Positions 23,701 through 34,553 of a stretch of DNA of 64,000 nt are shown here, in pieces. The stretch is from Ptychomitrium polyphyllum. Lineage: Eukaryota. The notes below the pieces were generated by a model. It had not been told where the DNA came from and made no database searches. It was given only the letters and a program-made list of their open reading frames with translations. A program made the position numbers and the translations under genes. Each line of letters opens with the position of its first letter. The first letter of the stretch is position 1. The stretch is taken from assembly GCA_973851085.1 (NCBI GenBank), contig OZ316775.1:7936001-8000000 (forward strand). The letters are read 5' to 3'.

Positions 23701-25832
23701 ATATTTCACATGCTCTACTACTTTAACAAGCACCATCCCATGTGAAGCCACACCTAAAAGATTGTTACAAAACCACCTAAAAATGAGAGTTGTTTATTGG
23801 TGAATTCACTAATGGCTAGAAAGTGACCCCTCTCATAAAAGACTGGCGTCCAAACTATACCCCACTTAAAGTAGAAGAATCCAATTTCATTACTTAGAGC
23901 TTTTTGCCATACTTCCACATATAAATTTTAATGGAACACATTTTTTTAATTTCTTTTTCAGAAGGAAGTACAAACCCTGATTCATAAACGCCTAGTTTAT
24001 TTGTCATTTTGAGTAAGATATGGTTTTCAGAGTAATAACTTATACCACATCCAAAAACCAACTTTCTAAGTATCCAAAGATGATGTGATAAAAAGGTGCA
24101 TTGCAGATTGCTGCTTGGTTGATTCTGTTGGGAACGAGTATCAAATCAGAAATAGGTGAATATACCTTTAGCCTTTTTGATACCCTCCATGTCGCACACA
24201 TCAACAAAAGACATCGTATTAAAAACTTACAATGTTATAAACACCATAGCCTTCTACCTGTTTCTTGCAGTAAATCTGGCACATTTTTGTTGACTCAGAG
24301 TTAAGAAGATGCACAAGTTAGCATTCATAACCTTGCTGTTCTTCTCATATGTCCGATCATGAGAAAAGAAAGATATAGCTTAAGTAATGGACTTAAGTGA
24401 AGGAGTAATCAGAAGGTTATGCCCCATAATCGACTTTGCCGTACCTCACTCGTTATGTAGTCCCTCCCTACTCCACAATTTGTATTGCTCATGTGGCAAA
24501 ACATTGTTGGCCAGCACTCACCGCATACATAGTTGGATTTCCTTTGGTATTGGCTCGAGCCACTTACATAGTTCACTGCTATCCACCACCTTGCCAAAGA
24601 GTCAGAACACCAGTTAGGACTCTTGCAAATAGTAGATCTGAAGATCGTCGCTTCATTGCATTCACTGCAAGTTTGTTACTGATTCAATTTCTCGAGTGAA
24701 AGCTGTAGAGTTTGCGTTATGGTCTTCAAGAGCATTAGATACAAGCACAGATGCCATGACAGTGTTTATCAGGACAGCCTTACTAGTGGAACTCTGGTTC
24801 CTATGTACTTTCTAACCTTCTCGCAAGTAAGATGCACGTACTCCAAGCACTCCACCTTGACATACTTCACCTACACGTAAGCTTCACCTACACATCCACA
24901 AGGAGAGGAGCACAACCACCTGGAGAATTAATGCCACCAAAACAAACAACCAACACCGACATACCTTCTGCCAGCAAACAAGGACCTATTCACAGGTAAA
25001 AACCGATCATTCTCCGCCTTAAACGCAGAGTAATTCTCTAATAAGGACAACTTGAGGAGCTCCCAAGTTCTAGCATGGACATCATTGACAACATTGCTGG
25101 TGACAGACCACAAGCAGTTTTGTCAAATAGTATTGTAATCCTCTGGGGTGAAATGAATTACGTACATTACCTCTCTGTCTGGACAATATAATCTAGACAT
25201 TCTGTAACAATACCAGGCTGATTCTGTTCAGCAGCATGTTAACGGTGATCATAAGCATGGTATGGCAGCAGTTTAAAAAGCAATCTTGTGATTAAAACAC
25301 ATCTGTGGATTTTTCCGCGTTCAAAGTTGACATCCAAACTAGGCAACTCGCCACAAGATCCAGATCATGCTACACCATACTGTAACACGAAAAAGACAAA
25401 CTTGCAAAGAGACATCTAAAGAATCCAGCATTCCCTGTCGCACCTCAGTATGCGAACCACACTTCCATAAGGTAGTCACCACCGTCTGTCTGAAAAAACT
25501 AACCCCAGACTACACTCAATCCACCGTAACAAAGTAGCATCGAACGATCATGTGCTTTCTCAAACAGAAAAAACCTCAAGATGAGAAAGAAGCCAGGAAC
25601 AAAGAGGAAAGAATGTAACTAGGTTTCATCGAGATCATACACATGAATATTACAAATTTCGGGACGAGGCAGCGTGCAATATCGCCACCCGCAGACCCCA
25701 AAGTCCTACTGTTTTCGGTCTAACAACTGCAAAGTTCGGTAACACATGCTCACAATGCAGCGTTCGTCAAGCAAGCCAGCCCACAATCGTCACGAAACCG
25801 CCATCGCCGATCACGCAAACCCTAATTCATCG

Positions 25833-26288
25833 TCACCCACCGGCGCCATCGCCGAGGATCCCTTGGGGAGTTGTGGCGGAATCGCCCCACCACGCCCACT
25901 CCAGCAACCGGGCGCCGATCCGCTGCAAGTAGTGGCCGGAGTTGTAGCCCGCGACGGCGAAGAAGATGAGGAACACAACGTTGACGATACAGCGCTCCCA
26001 CCAGTCCAGCATGTAGAGCCCCGTGGTGACATTGTACAGGAAGATCCATCGTTCCAGCTTCCGCACCACGCGGTGGTGCCAGCGCCGGGGCGCCTGCGGC
26101 GCGACGTACTGCGGCTGCTGCTGGTAGTGCGCCGATGTGGCCGAGTTGTTGTGTGCCATTGCCACCATCCTCGACTCCTCTACCGGTCCCGCAAGACAAA
26201 ACCCTCCCTCCTTCTCATCAGATGCCTTCACGATGTCGCCACTGCTGCTGCTGATCCCATTGTCGATGTCATCTCTCGATCCGTCCAT
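25833..26288 (-). CDS. Serine palmitoyltransferase small subunit (ssSPT) with N-terminal extension
   Basis: IFLYNVTTGLYMLDWWERCIVNVVFLIFFAVAGYN matches the plant ssSPT signature IYLYNVTFGLYMLDWWER followed by a TM helix. Confidence 0.88.
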   Translation of the reverse strand: MDGSRDDIDNGISSSSGDIVKASDEKEGGFCLAGPVEESRMVAMAHNNSATSAHYQQQPQYVAPQAPRRWHHRVVRKLERWIFLYNVTTGLYMLDWWERCIVNVVFLIFFAVAGYNSGHYLQRIGARLLEWAWWGDSATTPQGILGDGAGG

Positions 26289-27429
26289 CGTGTGAGTCGT
26301 CCTATCCCGGCTTACCGATTGTTGTGCTCCTCGTAATCTGCAATTATCATATCATTCTTGGTTACCTCCTAACACACTTCTGGCCCCACACTCGTCCTGA
26401 TTTCGCCTGTTTTATACATCCCTAACTCTTTCACTGCCTCCCAAAATTGCACTACAACCAGTAGAGTCCCTGATTGTGCAACGTCCCGGCCGATTGCGAG
26501 ACGACTCAATGTGATTGTGCGAGATTCCAACACTCACGATGATTTCGTAAGAATATCGTCGTACAGGAAGATGATACTCGTAGGCTGGCATTCAAGTTGA
26601 TTTCAATCTGCTGGCTCTTTTCATTTTTGACTATTTTGTGCTATTTCCCTCTCGGGCAATGTAGGGGTATTCGTAGATTCAAGGACGAGCAATCTATGGA
26701 TGTGGGGTTGCATGCGAAATTTATGGTGAATGTGGAAAGTGCACATGACGTCTTGAGCTGGGTCACTTGCATGTGCTTCCTTCCCCACAAGTGCGCATCT
26801 GGAGTGCTGCTGTAATTCCCGATGAGTTCCAGGTTTGCGTGTTTATTGTTTCTCTGCGTTTAGGTCCTCGGTGTCGAGAATGAGGAGGATCAAAGTGTGA
26901 GATTGCCATGAGCTAGACTCGCGGCGAACAGCTCTTGAGCAGCGGGGAGGTGGAATTGAGAGCAATTGAGAAAAGGAGGAGCTACAAGCCGCTGGAGGGG
27001 AATGGAATCATCTACTCCTTTTATTAGCGTCCCTGTTTTGTTTTCGTGATTGAATGAAGGCCCTTTCTGTGGCCGCAGAAGTGGTGAATCCGAATTGTGA
27101 GCTTTGATCCCTGTTCCTGATTGCAAGGTGAGTTTTGTTCCGGCGGGTGCAGAGTCGATGCTAGATGTCGAAATTTTATTTCAAGCTGAAGTGCGGTCTT
27201 CAGTTGCCTTTCTTCGAGGGATTTGTTGAGAGTGTTTTCACTCAATCCGATATTCTAGAATTGCTACAAAGAACTTGTCTTGAATATGGCGAGGTTTGTA
27301 AGCTTCTAGTACGATGGAGAGGAACTCGCAGTCAATGGTTGCAGGAGTTGAGTGGGTGAGACCGTGAGAGTAGATGCTGATAGTCGACTGCTTTGTTCAA
27401 TTGCAGCTCTGTTTGATTGATTGACAGCC

Positions 27430-28587
27430 ATGGCCTCAATGATGGCCACCATGCTGGGCTCGCGCGCGGCTCCGATCTTATTCTCTCGCCCGGCTTCTCG
27501 TCGACCTAATCCAGCTAGACATGGTCGCGATGGCGCTACTTCTATGCCAGTCTCCTCCTCCTTGCGATGCACCCCAGCTTCATCCTCCGCGCACTCCGGG
27601 CCTGGTATACATCCTCATGCCTCATTTTTGTTCCTGCAGCGAAACTTACAAACCTCCATGGTGCCACACGTAATCAACAGGGCTTCAACTTCTAGCTCGC
27701 TTGAGTTAGCCGATGGCGAAGGCGGAAACCCTGGGCAAGGCGGAGGAGGAGGAGGTGGTGGTGGAGGGGGAGGTGATGGCAAAGGTGGCGAATTCGGCGG
27801 CAACAACTATGACGATGAAGGCAAAGCATGGCTTTTGGAAGCTTTCAGGCGCGGATGGAGGCGGAGGGTGAGAGCCGACCCCCAATTCGCGTTCAAGGTT
27901 TTCTCCGAGGTGGTGATTGGGGTGGCTGCGTGTGTCCTCGGGGACATGGCGTCGCGGCCGAACTTCGGCCTCAATGAACTCGACTTCGTCTTCTCCACCA
28001 TAGTAGTAGGCTCTATCCTAAACTTCACCTTGATGTACATGCTCGCGCCGACGGCAGCCGCAGGCCAAGCCTCTCAGCAGCTCCCGCTCCTGTTCGCCGC
28101 ATGCCCACCTGGGCACATGTTTGAAGCTGGAAACTACTCCCTCTTGGACCGAGCCGGCACCTTCGTATATAAGGGAATGCAGTTCGCGGCGGTGGGTTTC
28201 GTTGCCGGCCTCGCCGGGACTGCTCTCTCCAACTTGCTACTCGCCATCCGCAAGAAGGTGGATCCGAAGTTCGAGATCCAGAACAAGCCACCTCCTACTG
28301 TGCTCAACGCTCTCACATGGGCGGGTCACATGGGCCTGAGCTCCAATGCGCGCTACCAGACCCTTAACGGGTTAGAATTTGCTCTAGCAGGAGTTTTGCA
28401 TCCCACGGCGTTCAAATCTGCCGTCTTTGTGCTGCGAGGGTTGAACAACGTATGTGGAGGAGTCACGTTCGTTATGCTGGCGCGCAAGACCGGATCACAG
28501 AGCGCCCCTGCACCCATTCCTGCTGCGTCCAATGGTTCCACGTCAGAGGCGAATCAAGGCTTCCTTCTTGCAGAGAAAACTCTTTAG
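27430..28587 (+). CDS. RETICULATA-related (DUF3411) plastid envelope protein, RER2/3-like, intronless CDS
   Basis: Ser/Arg-rich transit-peptide-like N-terminus, Gly-rich linker, GWRRRVRADPQFAFKV, GDMASRPNFGLNELDFVFST, HMGLSSNARYQTLNG. First ATG at 27430. Confidence 0.93.
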   Translation: MASMMATMLGSRAAPILFSRPASRRPNPARHGRDGATSMPVSSSLRCTPASSSAHSGPGIHPHASFLFLQRNLQTSMVPHVINRASTSSSLELADGEGGNPGQGGGGGGGGGGGGDGKGGEFGGNNYDDEGKAWLLEAFRRGWRRRVRADPQFAFKVFSEVVIGVAACVLGDMASRPNFGLNELDFVFSTIVVGSILNFTLMYMLAPTAAAGQASQQLPLLFAACPPGHMFEAGNYSLLDRAGTFVYKGMQFAAVGFVAGLAGTALSNLLLAIRKKVDPKFEIQNKPPPTVLNALTWAGHMGLSSNARYQTLNGLEFALAGVLHPTAFKSAVFVLRGLNNVCGGVTFVMLARKTGSQSAPAPIPAASNGSTSEANQGFLLAEKTL

Positions 28588-30042
28588 TCAACTAGTAATA
28601 TATTATTACTCTTGTCATCATTGGTAGGCTTCTGTCACAACTCACCTCCAAAACAAGCGCAACATATGCTCATTTCTTGAATTGTAGGATATGGTCTCCC
28701 TGGAAAATGGGGTTGCAGATGCATTGTCATCACAGCGTACTCGCGAACGCCGAGCCTCGGATGTGATACCCTGAGCATGAATGTACGAGTTTTTCCGATC
28801 AGCAACATCGGACAATCATCAACACGCATCGGAGACTGGAGATCTGCTTCGGATTGGCCGCACATGTGTTGCAGAAGCGGCCTGTGATACGTTCAGGATA
28901 TGTGGTTGTTTGCAACGCTGTAGTGATGCACTAAACTAGAACAGAATCGTTGTATGAGTTAGTAGCATCTTGTGTGCATCCTCCTATGGAGGCTGTTAGG
29001 TTCTCAGGCAGAGTTAGTTGATAGCAACAAAGTTGACTGCCGCTTCATAACTGTGGGTCACCAACAGGTCAATCGCTTTCATTTCTTATTTCTCATGTTG
29101 TTCGATGCTTCTTGCTGTATTGTGGATTTCTATGCAAGATAGTAAAAGTTAAATAGAAACCATTGCTAAGTATGTTCTACAGTACCTTCTGTTTCAATTG
29201 TGTGACATTACTCTGGAAGAACGGAACTTTGATCATCAGTAGACAATCAGTACATTGTGCAAAATGGGAATACTTGCCCACACTCTTTTGTGTCATAATT
29301 CAACTTTCTCTCTAGTAGCTTTCAGGTGGTCTGCCTTCAAGTGAAGGCCCTCCCTCTCTCACTCTCTCTGGTTGCGCTAAGAAGAAATTATCAAACTTAC
29401 CGGCTTCAAAAGGCTGCCAGTATTTCCCACATATTATTCTCAGATTTTATTACAGCAAATTGCAAGGATTATTTCAGCAAATTGTGAGGATGGATCTAAG
29501 CACCTATTGTGACATTCTAGAGCAGTGTAATAGATACCCTTTCAAAATAACATAATGGTACTTCCACGACAAAATCTTAAATATTTTTCTAAAGCTTATA
29601 TTGCTTGTAAAGATTTTGAACTATCAATACCCAAACCTATAGTAGGACTTTGTATGAGACCTATATTTTTAATAAACAATCACTTCGGCTTGGTTCCAAA
29701 TAAACAAATAAAATGAAAATATAATTAAAGGATACAACTCAGCAGTAGAATAGCACCTAGACATGTATAAAAGATAATTATGAAGTGACAATTATTTTAA
29801 AAATTTATTACTCATATTAATAAAGTAGTTAAAATTACAATTTTGAGCATGTATGAATATTTTATTTTTTTCTGAAATAGAGTTCACAAAACGAATACTT
29901 TTCCAAACTGTCCACTATGCAGAATATATTGGGTTAGCACAATGTGAACACTGAATGTTGATACCATGATGTGCAATGTCCAAAACATGATTCGCACCCG
30001 GTGCTGACACACTTGAGAGGTATTGTGTACAAAACTGCTGGA

Positions 30043-30115
30043 TGGAGACGCCAAATACCTATCCCAGTACCTCTCGCATGCAAAGAGAGTGCTCTACCAC
30101 TTGAGCTACACACCC
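30043..30115 (-). pseudogene. tRNA-Ala(TGC) pseudogene
   Basis: GGGTGTGTAGCTCAAGTGGTAGAGCACTCTCTTTGCATGCGAGAGGTACTGGGATAGGTATTTGGCGTCTCCA, 73 nt. Intact D-arm/A-box, TGC anticodon, G3:U70 Ala identity pair. Mismatches in the acceptor and anticodon stems and a degenerate T-loop/B-box. Confidence 0.85.
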
Positions 30116-31633
30116 ACACTTTCTACAAGAACTTGACCTGCAACCTTTGACCCACTGATAGTGATTAAGTAGGAACAAACAGATTAATAGTTTCCTTCAA
30201 ACCACTGTAAGCTAGTGATGAAAGCACTGAATCATTTCTCATGAAGAAAGAGCGACACTAACCAAAGTGATCAAGAGTCTGTGCACAAGTACAACACCAT
30301 GCTACAGAGCGTTTGAAGCCGAACAGGTAAAAGGTTCGTGAATGTTTCAGCGTTTCTCTGTCGTGGACCTCCAGTTGAGAAATGTCATCTTGAGAAAAGA
30401 GTCAACTCAGTCGTTGACTTTCGAAAATGGTTACATACGAAGTCAAAGCGAACCTGCACTGGGTCTTCGACGTATTTGATTGACGACCACAGCAACAATC
30501 TCAACAACGTGACGGAGTCCATTGTTCACATCACAGCTTCGAGCACTGTGTTGTGGCGGGCCACCATAAAATTCACATTGCAACAGAAACGTGGATGGAA
30601 CTGAGATCCCACATCCAAAAGTGACTTCAACGCAGTATTCATCAAAGTCGACTCTGCTGACTCCGAAGTTTGACCTCGTGACCCTCCCAAATTCACTTGA
30701 ACTGGAAATTATTCAACGCATACTGTAGTCAAACAATCAATTGGCTCTGAGTAGTCCCAATACGATTGTGATGACTTTTTGTAGCACTGGCGCTTTTGCG
30801 CTTTGAAAGCGTCTTTAGACCACCAACCGGTCTGGGGCCGTTCATGCCTTTGTTGCAATAGTCAAAGTTGTCTTGCTTTGGATTACCGTCCAGCTTTCGA
30901 CTTTCAACATATTCTTGAGAATTAAGACTTTGAGAGGAAGAACCTTCACATAAGAAGTGTGATGATAGAAGCGTGAGAGTACCAACTCATTGAAGCAGTA
31001 GCAGAAACACAGTCATCGTCTGCCGGCCTCCACAGTCATTCCAGGTTAGCTGTCTTCCTTACTTCTGTGCTTCTGCACTTGATTTCTTGCTCAATTCTTG
31101 TACAGTGACTGCAAATTCTGGTTGTGTGAGAGACGGAGGGTCGCTACTTCCGCAGAGAGGAAAGTTGTGAGTGTTTGTGTAGATGCTCTCGATCGTCGCT
31201 TCTTCGTCCTCCGATCCCTGGAAAATGGTGATCTGACCTAGTTTTTGCAAGACAGCTCATAATTTAGTGGTCATAGCTTCCGTGTTGACGATATTCAAGC
31301 CAAAAAGTTCTTAGGGTTGCACCATTGGCACAGGTAGTTGAGTGGGCGAGGACTTTGTTTGACAGTGAACGGTAGAATTCTAATTAAGATACTGCGAGAT
31401 CTGTTGAAAAGATTGAAGAAAGTGGGGATGGCTTACTATTCTGAACCAATGGCAGTCTGTGTGTTCATGTAGAGAAACTCGTGTCAAACTATCGCTGATG
31501 GTCATGTTGCTCTGTTTTTTTTCCAGTGAATCTCACAGCAAGCGAAAACACCCCAAATTCTGAATCAACGAGAAGCATTCTTGAATATCCTTGGAGGTCC
31601 TTGAAGCAGTTGTTACCAAGCCCCAGAATCGAG

Positions 31634-32775
31634 ATGGGTCTCCCAGTTGTGAAGGTGGAAGACATTGACTTCACTACCAAGATCACCCCACCGGCAGCTT
31701 CGAGCACACTTAATTTGATTGGATATGGTGAGCACTTCCACGCTCTTTTCTGACAACATTCTCTTCTTCACATGCACACATCAAGTGATGATAGTTTTCC
31801 ACAGCCCGTCGAGTGATGTGAAATCAATTTTAGGTCTTCTTAAGTACTGATGATCGGAGGTGGGTTTACAGGCAACACGGGGATGGAAATCGAGACTGTA
31901 GAAATCAGGTTCACAGCCTTAGGTTTCTACGCAGAGCCAAGTATCAGCGAGCATCTGCAGAAGTGGAAAGGCAAGGAAGTGAGCGAGCTCATCGAAGACG
32001 ACAGTGGCTTCCACAAGGAACTCATCCAAACTCCAGTGGAAAAACTGGTGAGGATCTCCATCATCAAGGGGATCAAGGGCTTACCTTACGGTAGCGCTCT
32101 GCAGTCGTCCTTGAGAGATCGCCTCGTCAACGATGACAAGTTCGAGGAGGAAGAGGAAGAGGCTCTTGAAAAACTTGTAGAATTCTTCCAGCCTCACAAT
32201 CTACCCAAGGGCGCTAACATCATCTATCACTGGTCGACCCCCTCCACTGTCAAGGTACTTTCACTTGCGGTGTTGCACACAACACATAAATCTCTTCTTA
32301 CCTCACTCTTTCAGCATCAATATGTATTTCGATGGCTAACAATGTAGCGGCATGAAGAGAACTCTCCACGGTAAATCATGCATAAAGAATCACAGAATGT
32401 TGAAATCCGCCCTTGAACAAAGAAATCACCTGAGCCTGAAGCCTGGTAGTGTTATCAGTACGTCCAAGTTTATGAAATTCTGCCGTTTTGCCTGAGGTTC
32501 AATGAATATCTACAAGCATACTTAAAAGGACTTTCTAAGCCTCTGCAAATAGGAACTGGAACTTACCGGTTCTACTGCTGGCAAACTCTAACGTTTCAGT
32601 GTGATATATCAACTCGCAGGTCTCGCTTTCTGAGGAAGCTAAAATACCTGAGGAGGTAGCATACACTATCGAGGATGCCAACGTGGCGGAAGCATTGTTG
32701 GACCTTTACTTGGGCGAAAATACTATCACCCCCTCCACTCTTTCCTCGGTAGCTGCAGCCATTGCCACGGCATAA
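31634..32775 (+). CDS. CHIL: Chalcone isomerase-like protein (type IV, non-catalytic)
   Basis: Exons 31634-31727, 31872-32254, 32620-32775: MGLPVVKVEDIDF...LIGYGNTGMEIETVEIRFTALGFY...HLQKWKGK...IKGIKGLPYG...LRDRL...EEEEEALEKLVEFFQ...YLGENTITPST. Confidence 0.92.
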
Positions 32776-33532
32776 GAGAAACATAGCGGCTTCCAGACGA
32801 TAATTACGCTAAGAGAGTAGACACTCAAGGGCTTGATTGTAAATGATCGCCTAATGACAAGCTTTGCGCATCCTTTCTGGACCTCCTAGTGTTCATTAGT
32901 ACATTAGAGAATTAGACATATTAAGAAGAAATTATTTCCTTACAGCATGGGCAGTTCAATGTAGTGAAGCCCTGCTGGGAGGCTGACTATCTAGCTTCTG
33001 ATAATAATGTTAACACTACCACCGCTTACATCGTCAAACTGGCTTTCCTCCATAACCCCCATGAATCGCTTTAACCATCATGAGCTGTAACTAACGTCTA
33101 TTATGTGTTGGAGAAGTTCACCTAAAAGAACTTCCATCGTCACTATCAAAAATGAAGTTCGCTGCAGCGTCCTTCTACCCACAAGTTCATAGCATCAAAA
33201 ACTCCCAAAGTGAACAAGCATACGATCAGATGTATCAGAGTGTGATACTCCATTACCGATGATGTTAAACTGTATCACTGATTATTCTTGAATGGAGTCA
33301 AGAGCTCAGAGTAGGCCTCGTAATTACTAAATGACTAGAAGATTATCAAATTCAAAAATTGGATCACATTCTAACGTATATATGATGTGAATCGACCACT
33401 CCACGTTGATATTATGGTCGGCCACTAAACCCCAAACCCTAAACCCTTGATGAATTCTTTCGCATAACCTTCAATCCATACAAGACTATACACTGGTAGC
33501 AGAAACTAAACTCTGCCAAGAATTCCAACACC

Positions 33533-34516
33533 TCAATGATCTTCACCAGCAAGTACCTCTCCTCCAGTCTCTTCGGAAGAAAATTCCTTCACAGCTGCAG
33601 GCCTTCCCATCCTCCGCAGAGCTACCATTTGCTTCCGCCATTCCCGTACAGGAACTGCAGGAAAACCAGCGTAATCTCCAGGTTTGTCAATGTTAGACAT
33701 AACCCCACTCTTAGCTGCAATGCGAACCCTAGAACATACGCTAACATGATCAGAAACGCCGGCCTTGCCCCCGATCACAACGTAATCTCCAACCGTGGAC
33801 GACCCCGCGATGCCAACCTGCCCACACAACATGCACCCTCGCCCGATCGACGCATTGTGCCCAACTTGCACAAGATTATCAATCTTAGTGTAATCCCCAA
33901 TGACCGTATCCCGCCAGCTGCCGCGATCAATACACGTATTCGCCCCTATTTCGACATGATTCCCAATCTGCACTCGCAACAACTGTGGTTTCTTCACAAT
34001 CTCCCCACTACTATTCTCCAAAAACCCGAACCCATCTTGGCCAACACAAACACCAGGATGCAAAGTACACGACGCCCCAACTGAGCAATTCTGGAGCACA
34101 ACGTTGTACCCCAACGTAGTGGACTCTCCAACAAACACACCCGGCCCCACGATACACCCAGCTGAAATCCTTGCATTCGCTCCCACTCGTGCTCTGGACT
34201 CCACCAGCGCCCCGCGCTCCACCACTACCGAGCTATGAACCTCCGCCAGAGAGTGAATGGTTCCACCTCCACCCCGCCACTTCAAGTACTCGCTCCCTGC
34301 TTCCTGCACCTCGCACCGCATCCCCTGCACCGTGCTCGTGCTCGTCCGTCGCAACCCCGGAGCTACAACCCTAATCCTAACCCTAATTCTAGCAGAATGC
34401 GAAACTCCCAGAATTTGTTGCCGCGTGACGAAACTCGAGATCGCTCTCGTTGCCACCCTTCCTGGCGACGGATGCGTGGAGAGCGCCTGCCGGAGAAGCG
34501 CCGCCACGCTCGTCAT
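33533..34516 (-). CDS. LpxD: UDP-3-O-acylglucosamine N-acyltransferase (LpxD2-like), predicted mitochondrial, intronless
   Basis: Hexapeptide left-handed beta-helix repeats, [31 protein letters not shown] (catalytic His), YAGFPA; Arg/Ser-rich presequence-like N-terminus. Confidence 0.93.
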   Translation of the reverse strand: MTSVAALLRQALSTHPSPGRVATRAISSFVTRQQILGVSHSARIRVRIRVVAPGLRRTSTSTVQGMRCEVQEAGSEYLKWRGGGGTIHSLAEVHSSVVVERGALVESRARVGANARISAGCIVGPGVFVGESTTLGYNVVLQNCSVGASCTLHPGVCVGQDGFGFLENSSGEIVKKPQLLRVQIGNHVEIGANTCIDRGSWRDTVIGDYTKIDNLVQVGHNASIGRGCMLCGQVGIAGSSTVGDYVVIGGKAGVSDHVSVCSRVRIAAKSGVMSNIDKPGDYAGFPAVPVREWRKQMVALRRMGRPAAVKEFSSEETGGEVLAGEDH

Positions 34517-34544
34517 TGCGATCCAGTGACGCTCCTCACTCCAT

Positions 34545-34553
34545 AAACCCTAA
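34545..34553. promoter_or_regulatory. Telo-box (AAACCCTAA) about 30 bp upstream of the LpxD ATG
   Basis: Exact AAACCCTAA. A site II-like GGCCCA lies at 35038-35043. Function not shown. Confidence 0.4.

Noticed and set aside
25746..26336. 196-aa plus-strand ORF, and similar antisense ORFs over the F-box, RER, LpxD and 53127 ORFs
   Set aside because: Antisense shadows of GC-rich coding sequence with no independent support.
31527..31633. In-frame N-terminal extension of CHIL
   Set aside because: Candidate upstream exons (donors at 31044 and ~31332) hit an in-frame stop with no ATG before the junction, so this is most likely 5' UTR.
33533..34516. LpxD as bacterial contamination or recent horizontal transfer
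   Set aside because: It has an organelle presequence-like N-terminus, sits among intron-containing plant genes, and nuclear Lpx genes are established in plants.
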